A stretch of 64,000 bases of DNA from Chlamydiota bacterium (GTDB taxonomy: Bacteria > Chlamydiota > Chlamydiia > Chlamydiales > JACKPQ01), in assembly GCA_021772435.1 (NCBI GenBank), contig JAJFLZ010000020.1, forward strand, positions 22,983 through 86,982, written 5' to 3'. The notes below the pieces were generated by a model. The model ran no database searches and was not told the DNA's origin. It was given only the letters and a program-made list of their open reading frames with translations. This document shows positions 48,141-57,258 of the stretch, in pieces. A program made the position numbers and the translations under genes. Numbering within the stretch: the first letter of the stretch is position 1; the number at the start of each line of letters is the position of its first letter.

Positions 48141-51100
48141 ATGGCTAAACTTCCCTTTGATCAAGATCTTATCGATCGCGGGCAAAAACTAATCGATAGC
48201 AAAGCTGTCAAAAACGTTCTGTTCTCTGAAGGAACTTATCAGGTGGAGGTTTTTGACAAGGAAGCCTATTGGCCATTTTTGCAGGTGAGCGATGAGGCGG
48301 AATTTGGTGATTATTTTTGCAGCTGCGAGGAGGCAGAAGACGGAGCATGTCCGCATTTGGCAGCTGCTGGTCTAACGATTCTCAAAGAAGGAAGGCCGCT
48401 GCATGTGGTATTTCGAGATAGCCTCTGGAACCACCTCTGTCAAATTGCGTCTAAACGACATGGCTATGAAGTCGATTGTATGCACAAAACCGACCAGGGA
48501 TCCTATACCTGCTCGTCCGTGACAGGTAAATGCCTGTTTGCGCTTAGCCCAAAGACAGAGGGCGGCAAAACCTTCATGCAAGGCATTTTGGAAAATCGAG
48601 CTATTGAAACCGAAGAGACATCCCTGAAATTTTCTAACCTTTCCCCGGAAGAAATCGAAAAATGGCGCGAAGGTAAGCCGAGCCACCATCTGCAATATGA
48701 GCTCTCATTTTGGTCAGATCTAGCCAAAGGTCTTTTGCTGCGACAAATTCAAGGCGACTGCTACACCATCAAATTCGGTGGGGGAGAGCCGCCCAAAGAC
48801 ATCATTGCTGATTTTACTGATTTTTCCATCCGTTGCTATGTTGCTGAAATCAACTGGTCTGAAATCATACCGAGTCTTGCTACGGTAAAAAGCCCAGTAC
48901 CCATCTACGAGCTTTTTGGCTATACCATCGATGCAATCTCCTACGATGAGGCTCTGCGTTGTTTTATAATCACAGCAAAAGAGCACGGGTCGGGCCTTGT
49001 TCCAGGTGAAGGGTATGAGCTCGGCGACTGGGTCTACCAACCTAAAAAAGGCTTTTTCCCAAAAAAGACGCATGATCTCATCGAAAACAATACGATCCCT
49101 TCAAAAAAAGTTGGTTTTGCCCTAGATCATCATAGACAACTACTTGAAAAACACCTCAAGCACCTCACTATTGAGCCAGCAGTCAGCAAACTTAACTATA
49201 CTCTGTATTTTGATGACCAGCAAAGCCTGCATATTGGCGCCTATCTTTTTGAGCCAGGAGATATCAGCACGACTTTTGATCACTGGGCCTATATCAGAGG
49301 TAGCGGTTTTTACAAAATGGATAATCCCGTCTTTGAAGGTAGCGAAAAAATTGTGCCGTGGGATGAAATCAACGACTTTATCAACACTTACAGAGTATGG
49401 CTAAGCCGTTTTAGTGGCTTTGAAATTCACCTGGCCAACATTGAAGCGCATCTCATCTACAGTTTTGATAGAACAGGAGCTCTTTGTTTTGAATCGGAAT
49501 CCGATCTTTTTGAAGATGCAACCGACATCATCGACTTTGGTCAGTGGGTGTACATCAAAGACCGCGGTTTTTACCCAAAAAAACAAGGCAAAGGCCTGCA
49601 TGCCCTACATCCTGGTCAAAAAGTGCCAGCAAGCGATATTGCCTACTTTATTCGCTCTCACTACGAAGAACTCGAACAAATTCAAGGCTTTTTTTGGACG
49701 CATTGCCCTGTTGAAAAAATGGGCTTAAACATATCTCTCGACACACATATTCACACCGAGCCTGAAGTGTTTTACAAGCCCGACTACAAACCAGAGCAAG
49801 TTAAAATTTATGGTGAATTTGCCTACGTCGAAGGAGAAGGTTTTTCAGAAATTCCGATACAAATTCAGCTGCCGGAAAACTACACCACTCCCCAAACCAT
49901 CGACAAAAAAAACGAGCCCTACTTTGTCAATTACGAGCTGGCAAACCTCAAGTCTTTCATCCTCTATCTTGACCCCCGCCTGCAGGTTCCGCACATGCTC
50001 AAACTTACCGTTTCAGATATCGCACCCTCTGAAGAAGCGGGTCTTGGTCACTGGGCTGTTGATCTTTCCTACGAGACCGACGAGGGTCTTGTCGATGTCG
50101 CGCGTATTTGGGATGGTTTGCAAAACAAAGAATCCTACCTCTTTACAGAAGCTGGCCTGATCTTCCTGCGCCAGCCTAGATTTAACTGGCTAAAACAAAT
50201 TCCCAAAAACCGCTTCATTAAAGGAGGACGTAGAGTTGTCCTATCCACCCTCGAATGGATTCGCCTCGGCGTCTTTGAAGATCTACACATCGACACCGCT
50301 AAAGGCTCAGCAAAAGAACTCATCGAGGACTTAAATCGTCTGCAAACAAACGAAATACTCGATCTTCATGGCCTTAAAAGCACCCTCCGTCCCTACCAAG
50401 AAAAAGGCCTGCAATGGCTTTGGTTTCTCTACTGCCACGGCCTATCTGGCCTGCTGTGCGATGACATGGGCCTTGGTAAAACACACCAAGCCATGGCGCT
50501 GATTGCTGCTATCAAAAACAAAAAACCTACCGCCAAATATATCATCATCTGCCCTACCTCTGTCATCTACCACTGGGAAGAGCTCTTGAAAAACTTTCTG
50601 CCACACCTCTCTGTACATCTCTACTACGGCACCACGCGATCCTATATTTCGACTGATGTTCTCCTAACCTCCTACGGCACCTACCGCAGCGATCAAGATA
50701 TGCTCTCACGCCAAGGCTTTGAACTGGCGATCTTAGATGAGTTGCAAGTAGCTAAAAACCCTTCCTCACAAACTCACAAAGCGCTAAAAAAACTGAATAG
50801 CAACATGCGCCTGGCTCTGACTGGTACACCGATCGAAAACCGACTCTCAGAGCTCAAAGCACTCTTTGATATCGTCCTACCTGGCTACTTTCCAAAAGAC
50901 GATCTCTACCGAGAAACCTTTATCAACCCCATCGAAAAAGACAACGACACCTCCAAAAAAATCCTGCTCTCCAAATTCATTCAGCCCTTCCTCCTCCGTC
51001 GCAAAAAATCTGAAGTGCTTCTGGATCTGCCCGAAAAAATCGAAGAAATCGCCTACTGCGACCTCTCCAAAGACCAGCAAGAGCTCTACAAAGCCGCCGT

Positions 51101-51776
51101 CTTCAGAGAGCGCGATGGGCTCTTACGCGAAATTGAAGAATCGTCTCAGCCGGTGCCCTATCTGCACGTCTTTGCTCTTCTCTCACGCCTCAAACAAATT
51201 TGCGATCATCCCGCGCTCATCACCAAAGAGATCTACACCAAATCCACCTCTGGTAAATGGGATCTCTTCCTAGAATTACTCTCTGAAATTCGCGACAGCG
51301 GCCAAAAACTCGTCGTCTTCTCGCAATATCTCGGCATGCTAGACATCATTGAGCATTATCTGTCCTCACAAAAAATCGGCTTTGCCTCCATTCGCGGCTC
51401 CACACGTGACCGCAAGGAACAGCTCCTCAAATTTAAAAACGACCCCACCTGCGAGGTCTTCGTTGCCTCCCTCCAAGCAGCAGGCGTTGGTATTGAGCTC
51501 ACATCGGCCTCTGTTGTCATCCACTACGACCGCTGGTGGAATCCCGCCCGTGAAAATCAGGCTACCGACAGAGTTCACCGCATCGGTCAAAAGCGCGGCG
51601 TACAAGTCTTTAAATTCGTTACCAAAAAAACCATCGAGGAGCACATTCACCAGATCATCGAACGCAAAAAAGGCCTGACCGAAGAGCTTATTAGCTACGA
51701 CGATCAGGCCCTTGTGAAACAGCTCGCTAAAAACGAACTGGTCGAAATCCTACGCTCTCTAGAGAGCAGTTTTTAG
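48141..51776 (+). CDS. SWIM zinc-finger / SNF2-family helicase
   Basis: CSCEEAEDGACPHLAA (SWIM), LCDDMGLGKT, DELQVAKN, QATDRVHRIGQ. ORF-track GTG 48135 is also possible. Confidence 0.9.
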   Translation: MAKLPFDQDLIDRGQKLIDSKAVKNVLFSEGTYQVEVFDKEAYWPFLQVSDEAEFGDYFCSCEEAEDGACPHLAAAGLTILKEGRPLHVVFRDSLWNHLCQIASKRHGYEVDCMHKTDQGSYTCSSVTGKCLFALSPKTEGGKTFMQGILENRAIETEETSLKFSNLSPEEIEKWREGKPSHHLQYELSFWSDLAKGLLLRQIQGDCYTIKFGGGEPPKDIIADFTDFSIRCYVAEINWSEIIPSLATVKSPVPIYELFGYTIDAISYDEALRCFIITAKEHGSGLVPGEGYELGDWVYQPKKGFFPKKTHDLIENNTIPSKKVGFALDHHRQLLEKHLKHLTIEPAVSKLNYTLYFDDQQSLHIGAYLFEPGDISTTFDHWAYIRGSGFYKMDNPVFEGSEKIVPWDEINDFINTYRVWLSRFSGFEIHLANIEAHLIYSFDRTGALCFESESDLFEDATDIIDFGQWVYIKDRGFYPKKQGKGLHALHPGQKVPASDIAYFIRSHYEELEQIQGFFWTHCPVEKMGLNISLDTHIHTEPEVFYKPDYKPEQVKIYGEFAYVEGEGFSEIPIQIQLPENYTTPQTIDKKNEPYFVNYELANLKSFILYLDPRLQVPHMLKLTVSDIAPSEEAGLGHWAVDLSYETDEGLVDVARIWDGLQNKESYLFTEAGLIFLRQPRFNWLKQIPKNRFIKGGRRVVLSTLEWIRLGVFEDLHIDTAKGSAKELIEDLNRLQTNEILDLHGLKSTLRPYQEKGLQWLWFLYCHGLSGLLCDDMGLGKTHQAMALIAAIKNKKPTAKYIIICPTSVIYHWEELLKNFLPHLSVHLYYGTTRSYISTDVLLTSYGTYRSDQDMLSRQGFELAILDELQVAKNPSSQTHKALKKLNSNMRLALTGTPIENRLSELKALFDIVLPGYFPKDDLYRETFINPIEKDNDTSKKILLSKFIQPFLLRRKKSEVLLDLPEKIEEIAYCDLSKDQQELYKAAVFRERDGLLREIEESSQPVPYLHVFALLSRLKQICDHPALITKEIYTKSTSGKWDLFLELLSEIRDSGQKLVVFSQYLGMLDIIEHYLSSQKIGFASIRGSTRDRKEQLLKFKNDPTCEVFVASLQAAGVGIELTSASVVIHYDRWWNPARENQATDRVHRIGQKRGVQVFKFVTKKTIEEHIHQIIERKKGLTEELISYDDQALVKQLAKNELVEILRSLESSF

Positions 51777-51791
51777 CAGTTAGATTCGTTA

Positions 51792-52292
51792 TCAGCTACC
51801 GCTGTTTACAAAGTCATCATACTCTGGGCTAGCATCTCCGTCAAAGCCACCATCACATGTATCTTCAGTTTCTTTTTCTTTTGTGATATCAAATCGCATA
51901 GCGTTAATTTCCTCTAACGATGGAGCGAAGACATTAGTACTTGTCTCAGATTGCTCTTCTGTTGAAGAGGCGGGTTGCTCTTCTGTTGAAGGGGCGGGTT
52001 GTTGAAATGTTATGCCTAAAATAACAAGAAAAGCTATGGCTACAATAGTGAAAACAGAACCTAAAACGATTCCTCCAATAATAAAGGCTGTGCTGACAGG
52101 ATTTGCTGCAACTACAGCAGAGACGCCAATTACAGAAGCTAGGCCGATGAAGCCGACTGTGGGCTTAGCAATGGCAGCTGCTGAGGCAACTGCTAGGGCA
52201 GCTGATGCTAAAGAGGCAATAGCGCAACGACTGCGTTTTACAGCAGTTGTAAAAAAAGACTGCTCTTGGTTGTTAATAGTATTTGTACTCAT
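51792..52292 (-). CDS. Inc-like membrane protein (cluster member 3)
   Basis: About 70-residue Ala/Gly/Val/Ile hydrophobic block AIASLASAALAVASAAAIAKPTVGFIGLASVIGVSAVVAANPVSTAFIIGGIVLGSVFTIVAIAFLVILGI. Confidence 0.6.
   Translation of the reverse strand: MSTNTINNQEQSFFTTAVKRSRCAIASLASAALAVASAAAIAKPTVGFIGLASVIGVSAVVAANPVSTAFIIGGIVLGSVFTIVAIAFLVILGITFQQPAPSTEEQPASSTEEQSETSTNVFAPSLEEINAMRFDITKEKETEDTCDGGFDGDASPEYDDFVNSGS
51951..51998. repeat. 2 x 24-bp tandem repeat inside a CDS
   Basis: TTGCTCTTCTGTTGAAGAGGCGGG / TTGCTCTTCTGTTGAAGGGGCGGG encodes P(A/S)STEEQ twice. Confidence 0.85.
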
Positions 52293-52331
52293 AATAATTC
52301 CTTGTTTTTTGATTATTTTAATATAATTTAC

Positions 52332-52640
52332 TTAAATCTGTTGGTTATTTTTATATGCCCAGGCAATGGCTAATGCAAATCCAACTAGACCGATAAGAGC
52401 TATGGCAATGCCGATCCAAAGGGTAGGGGGAGCTGCGACGATTAATGCTCCAAGTCCTAAAGTGCCAGCAACTAATGTTGTGCCTGCCAGAGAATTTGGA
52501 ATCATGGAAGCGCCACCGATCGCTATAAAGCTTGATACTCCAGCTACGATCATGGCAATCTTACGATAGCGATTAGTCCTTATCTGCTCTTGAATGCGTG
52601 GATCTTGTTCTATCTTATTGATACCAAATAATTTAGCCAT
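52332..52640 (-). CDS. Inc-like membrane protein (cluster member 2)
   Basis: 102 aa, mostly one long hydrophobic block IAMIVAGVSSFIAIGGASMIPNSLAGTTLVAGTLGLGALIVAAPPTLWIGIAIALIGLVGFALAIAWAY. Confidence 0.6.
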   Translation of the reverse strand: MAKLFGINKIEQDPRIQEQIRTNRYRKIAMIVAGVSSFIAIGGASMIPNSLAGTTLVAGTLGLGALIVAAPPTLWIGIAIALIGLVGFALAIAWAYKNNQQI

Positions 52641-52710
52641 ATATAATACACTTTTTTAGTTAATTAAAATATATTTTATAAAAAACAGTAATTAATGTCA
52701 AATAATAAAT

Positions 52711-52740
52711 ATAAAAAGACCTAGCTTTCGCTAGGTCTTA
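52711..52740 (-). terminator. rho-independent terminator
   Basis: Stem AAGACCTAGC, loop TTTC, stem GCTAGGTCTT. On the minus strand it is followed by TTTTTATATTT, just downstream of the 52756 stop. Confidence 0.7.
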
Positions 52741-52755
52741 ATAATCGGTAGATTT

Positions 52756-53346
52756 TTAATTTGTTGATGAAGGCCACTTAAAAGCAAGGGGATCTGAGTT
52801 ATCGACGCTCGGTTCCTGAGGTTCAGTAGCAGGCTGACTAGCAGTCTCAGATTCTTCTATAGTTTTGGTGCTCAAGTCGGGAATAAAGTTATTATTCTTC
52901 ATGTAAGCATTTGGGTCACCAGCGATTTCAGCATTTCTCACGTTCTTAGTTTCTGGACGGCTGTAAATGTATAGGCCAGCTGAAACAGCAAGTAAGATAG
53001 CGAAAACGACAGTGCCACCGATTAAGATCTGTGGTAAGATAGCCATTGCACTTGGGATAACAACAGCAGAAATACCTGCGATTGCTAAAACAGAAGCAAT
53101 TTGAGCTGTTGAAATGGTTCCTAGGTAAGCTAGTAAACCAGTGATTAGGCCAACGCTTAATAGTGCGCAAGAAGCGCCACTCGTGATGCTTAAAGCTAAA
53201 GCAGCTTTTTGCGTGTTTGTTCTCTCTGCAACGGGTGTTGTACCAGCTAGCTCTGCGCGTAGTTCTGGGCTACCATAGAAAGCACCGTATGCTAGAACAG
53301 GGGCTTCTGTTTGTAATGTAGTCCCATTAGGGTTAAGTGTTGTCAT
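52756..53346 (-). CDS. Inc-like membrane protein (cluster member 1)
   Basis: Hydrophobic block AALALSITSGASCALLSVGLITGLLAYLGTISTAQIASVLAIAGISAVVIPSAMAILPQILIGGTVVFAILLAVSAGLYIY. Confidence 0.6.
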   Translation of the reverse strand: MTTLNPNGTTLQTEAPVLAYGAFYGSPELRAELAGTTPVAERTNTQKAALALSITSGASCALLSVGLITGLLAYLGTISTAQIASVLAIAGISAVVIPSAMAILPQILIGGTVVFAILLAVSAGLYIYSRPETKNVRNAEIAGDPNAYMKNNNFIPDLSTKTIEESETASQPATEPQEPSVDNSDPLAFKWPSSTN

Positions 53347-53507
53347 GTTTTTATTCTCCTTTTTAAGGTTAATTATTTAAAAAACTGGAATAATATTAAT
53401 TAAAATTAGACTTATTGTCAATAAAATTTATACTTAAATATATGTAACTAAATATTTTACTTTACAAAAGTTGGCGGAAATTGTTGATTTCGTGTATAGT
53501 TGTGGGA

Positions 53508-54845
53508 ATGAAAACACGTGTTCCAAAAATAGCCATTATCGGTAGGCCTAATGTAGGTAAATCAGCCCTTTTTAACCGTATTGCGGGCAGGAGAGTGGCC
53601 GTAGTCCATGAGGAAGAAGGGGTTACGCGTGATCGTCTGTACAGGCGCTGTGAGTGCTTTGGAAAATCCTTTGATCTGATCGACACGGGCGGTATGGAGT
53701 ATTTTAGCGAGCTTCCCTTTAAAGAGGAGGTGCGCGCGCAAGCTGAAATCGCCGCAAATGAGGCAGATGCCATTATTTTTCTGGTCGATGGGGTATTGGG
53801 GCTAACACCGCAGGATCGGGAGGTCTGGAAGGCTCTTAGGGCCTATGATAAGCCGATTGTGGTAGCTGTTAATAAGATCGACTCTAGAGATCGGGAGAAT
53901 TTGATCCACGCCTTTCACACGTTTGGTGAGCCGCATCCCGTATCTGCTATCCAGGGTTATTTGGTGGCTGAGCTTTTGGAGAAGGCGCTCGCTCTTTGTC
54001 CTGAAGTGGATGGGGAGGAAGAAGACAGCATTAAGGTGGCATTTATCGGCCGGCCGAATGTGGGTAAGTCGACACTTCTTAACTGCATTCTCGGTGAAAA
54101 GCGCACGATTGTAAGTGAAATAGCTGGAACAACGCGCGATAGCATCGATGCCCAGATTGAGATTGGTGATCAGCGCTATACGTTGATTGACACAGCAGGC
54201 ATTAGACGCAAGCCCAAGGAGACCGCTGTGGTCGAAAAATTTGCCGCGATGCGTACGCAAATGGCTATCGAACGCGCTGATATCTGCGTGCTGCTTCTAG
54301 ATAGCGTTGAGGGTCTATCTGTACAAGACAAACGCATTGCGTGTGAGATTGAGGATGCTGGAAAAGCATGCATCTTGTTTTTCAACAAATGGGACAAAGT
54401 CAAGGGCTTCCGCATGGAGCACTGCCAAAAAGCGATCAAAGATGATGCGTCGTTTTTAGCGCACTGCCCGATGCTTTTTGCCTCAGCGCTCACTGGCCGC
54501 AATACTGAAAAACTATTTGAGATGATTAAAACAGTGCACGAACACATGCACACACGTATTACAACGGGCCAGCTAAACAAATTTGTAGAGCGCACCATCC
54601 AAGCCTACTCACCGCCGATGCTAAAAGGCAAACGTCTACGCATCTATTATCTGACGCAAGTCAAAACAGATCCGCCGCATTTTGTGCTCTTTGTCAATAA
54701 TCACGAGCTGATGCTTGAAACTTATCGCAAGTACTTGTTGAATGCTTTTAGAAGAGAGTTTGGCTTTGCTGGCTGTCCGATCAAATTTGCCCTGCGCCGA
54801 CACGCCCAGCGCGAAGACATCTCTAGGTACGTTGCGAGCCGCTAG
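53508..54845 (+). CDS. der: GTPase Der (EngA)
   Basis: Two GTPase domains, GRPNVGKSALFN and GRPNVGKSTLLN. I prefer ATG 53508. Confidence 0.93.
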   Translation: MKTRVPKIAIIGRPNVGKSALFNRIAGRRVAVVHEEEGVTRDRLYRRCECFGKSFDLIDTGGMEYFSELPFKEEVRAQAEIAANEADAIIFLVDGVLGLTPQDREVWKALRAYDKPIVVAVNKIDSRDRENLIHAFHTFGEPHPVSAIQGYLVAELLEKALALCPEVDGEEEDSIKVAFIGRPNVGKSTLLNCILGEKRTIVSEIAGTTRDSIDAQIEIGDQRYTLIDTAGIRRKPKETAVVEKFAAMRTQMAIERADICVLLLDSVEGLSVQDKRIACEIEDAGKACILFFNKWDKVKGFRMEHCQKAIKDDASFLAHCPMLFASALTGRNTEKLFEMIKTVHEHMHTRITTGQLNKFVERTIQAYSPPMLKGKRLRIYYLTQVKTDPPHFVLFVNNHELMLETYRKYLLNAFRREFGFAGCPIKFALRRHAQREDISRYVASR

Positions 54846-54897
54846 TTGACAATATCGCTGCCACTTCTTAAAATAATTTCTTTTTAAGGAGATTTTT

Positions 54898-54990
54898 GTG
54901 CCCAGAATTTCTGAATTTTTCGGTATATTCATTTATTTCTATTTTGAAGATCATAATCCACCACATTTTCATGCCATCTATGGTGAATAT
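54898..54990 (+). pseudogene. DUF4160-family gene truncated by IS insertion
   Basis: GTG after AAGGAG. VPRISEFFGIFIYFYFEDHNPPHFHAIYGEY matches the DUF4160 N-terminus. The reading frame then runs into the IS terminal repeat and stops at 55018-20. Confidence 0.65.
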
Positions 54991-56228
54991 GCAGGGAAAT
55001 TGCATGAAGAAATGATTTGACAAATCAAAGAAAATTTTGAAGACTTTACCTCCTAACCAAGGAGGTTTATAATGGCAATTCAAAATTTAGAAGAAACGTC
55101 AATCATGCATTGTTTTGCGGTTTTACCAGATCCAAGAAGAACTAGAAATCAAGTCTATTCCCTGTTCGATATCATTACAACTACGATACTTGCAGTCCTA
55201 TGTGGGGCTGATGACTGGGTAGAAATTAACTTCTGGGGAGAAGCTAATCTTTCTTGGTTACAGGAAAAAGGACTATGTGAAAATGGGATCCCTTCTCACG
55301 ATACATTTAGCCGGTTTTTTCGATTTGTGGACCCTAATGCGTTTGAGCGGTGTTTTATCAGTTGGACTCAGAAAATATCAAAAGTCCTTGGTGGGATCAT
55401 TGCTGTAGACGGCAAAGTCCTCTGTAATTCTGGCAGCGGAGAAGAAAAAGCTATTCATCTTGTCAGCGCTTTTTCTGTCGAAAACGATATTGTCTTAGGG
55501 CAATTAGCCACTCGAGCTAAATCAAACGAAATCACAGTTTTCCCTGAATTACTTAAGTTACTGGATCTAAGAGAAGCCATAATTACAATCGATGCGGCCG
55601 GTTGTCAGAAAGACATAGCAAAGCAAATACGAGAACAAAAAGGTGATTATGTTTTGGCTCTGAAAGGCAATCAAGGGACCCTCCATGCAGAAGCAAAAAA
55701 CTTTTTTAAGCAGGCGTTGGAAGTGAGCTCCAAAGAGGCAGGCTGTGATCACTACATAAGCGAAGAGAAGTCTCGAGGACGTAAAGAAACGAGAGAAGTT
55801 TGGGTTACTGAGGAGCTAGATTGGCTAGAGCAAAAAGAACATTGGAGCGGATTAAAAAGCATCGCCTGTATAAAAAACCGTAGATTGGTTAAGGGCAAAG
55901 AGACAACAGAGCAAAGGTATTATATTTCCAGTTTGGAAGCAGACGCATGGAAAATTGGGCGAGCTATTAGAAGTCATTGGTCTGTAGAAAACAAGCTGCA
56001 CTGGCAGCTTGATGTGTCGTATGGAGAAGATGGTTGCAAAGTGCGCAAAGACAGTGGAGCTGAGAACTTTTCAGTTATTCGAAGGGCAACGCTAAATCTT
56101 TTAAAAGCAGATAAAAAGACGAAAGCCGGTATAAAGAATAAGAGATCAAAAGCTGGCTGGGATAAGGATTACATGCTCAAAATTTTAGCGATGGAGTGTT
56201 AAGTAATTTCTTCATGCAATTTCCCTGC
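54991..56228 (+). mobile_element. ISAs1-family insertion sequence
   Basis: 23-bp perfect terminal inverted repeats GCAGGGAAATTGCATGAAGAAAT (54991-55013) and ATTTCTTCATGCAATTTCCCTGC (56206-28) enclose a single transposase gene. Confidence 0.85.
55072..56202 (+). CDS. ISAs1-family (H-repeat-associated) transposase
   Basis: LPDPRRTRNQVYSLFDIITTTILAVLCGADDWVEI...NGIPSHDTFSRFF, DGK, IDAAGCQ. Confidence 0.85.
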   Translation: MAIQNLEETSIMHCFAVLPDPRRTRNQVYSLFDIITTTILAVLCGADDWVEINFWGEANLSWLQEKGLCENGIPSHDTFSRFFRFVDPNAFERCFISWTQKISKVLGGIIAVDGKVLCNSGSGEEKAIHLVSAFSVENDIVLGQLATRAKSNEITVFPELLKLLDLREAIITIDAAGCQKDIAKQIREQKGDYVLALKGNQGTLHAEAKNFFKQALEVSSKEAGCDHYISEEKSRGRKETREVWVTEELDWLEQKEHWSGLKSIACIKNRRLVKGKETTEQRYYISSLEADAWKIGRAIRSHWSVENKLHWQLDVSYGEDGCKVRKDSGAENFSVIRRATLNLLKADKKTKAGIKNKRSKAGWDKDYMLKILAMEC

Positions 56229-56431
56229 ACTTTAGTCAATTAGAGCGGTTATTTGAATTAGATCCTGAAGCTAATTGGTATCAACAACTAGATGACGAAG
56301 TTCAAATACGAAAAAACACCGCAAATGGGTTTAGACAAGGCTGCGAAGGTGCCAAGCTTTGGTCTTATGCCCATATATTAGCTCGCCATGCTTTTAACGA
56401 AGATCAACAAGATTTACATCTAGCAAAGAAA

Positions 56432-57109
56432 ATGCTCGTAAATGCAACAAACGCAAAAGAGGTAGAGAACACAATAACAGCACACCAGCATGTGCTCCGT
56501 ATAAAACCCACTCAAGAAAACATCCAAAACTTTTTGACATATTGTAATCAAACAGAAACCCTACCAGAATCAGCATTCGATCAGCTCTTTGAGCTGCCAA
56601 AAGTTGAGGAGCCACTCGCGCACTCAAACAATTTAGTAGCAGCTGCAAAAATTATCGAAAAGACAAAGCCTGACAAAGCCTTGCAACTAGCCACGCAGGC
56701 TGTGACAAGCTGTATGACCAATGCTAGCGCATATCAACACTTTCTTTCACTTTACCAACGGGAAAACAAACAACCAGAAGCAGTCGATCTGCTTGTATTT
56801 ATCGCAAATCAACTCAAATCAACACAAAAGTTTTCTGATTGTCAAAAGCTTCTGGAATTTTTGAAAACATCTAAAATTACACATCCCGATTTAGAAAAAC
56901 TTTATTCAGAGACCCCTTACATGAACAAAATCGTTGCGCAGGACATTCAGATTAAAACATTAGAGTCGAAAGTAGAGAAACTGGAAACAACACAAGCAGA
57001 ACTTCTTGAGCGCGTAACAGCCCTTGAGGGAAACGCTGGTTATAGTCTCGTTAAAAACTTTTCAACAGTTTTGGGGGGCTGGGCTACGCCTACAGAGACG
57101 CCAAGATGA
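56432..57109 (+). CDS. helical-repeat plus coiled-coil protein, probably 5'-truncated by the IS
   Basis: The frame is open with no start codon from 56207 (IS edge) to ATG 56432. C-terminal heptads IQIKTLESKVEKLETTQAELLERV. Confidence 0.4.
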   Translation: MLVNATNAKEVENTITAHQHVLRIKPTQENIQNFLTYCNQTETLPESAFDQLFELPKVEEPLAHSNNLVAAAKIIEKTKPDKALQLATQAVTSCMTNASAYQHFLSLYQRENKQPEAVDLLVFIANQLKSTQKFSDCQKLLEFLKTSKITHPDLEKLYSETPYMNKIVAQDIQIKTLESKVEKLETTQAELLERVTALEGNAGYSLVKNFSTVLGGWATPTETPR

Positions 57110-57258
57110 AGCGCCAGTTAGTTAATATTTTGTTAAGATTAACTCTAGCTACTAATCAATAGTAACAACTTTTTTTCACTTTTGATTAAAAATGACTAGA
57201 TTTATTAATCGCTCGTTTGTAAGATGGAGACCGGCATACGGTAAAACAACGAGGGATC

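Noticed and set aside
54636-55083. Two minus-strand ORFs (98 and 71 aa) between der and the IS
   Set aside because: They are antisense to the der 3' end, the DUF4160 fragment (which has a good RBS) and the IS terminal repeat. No supporting signals.
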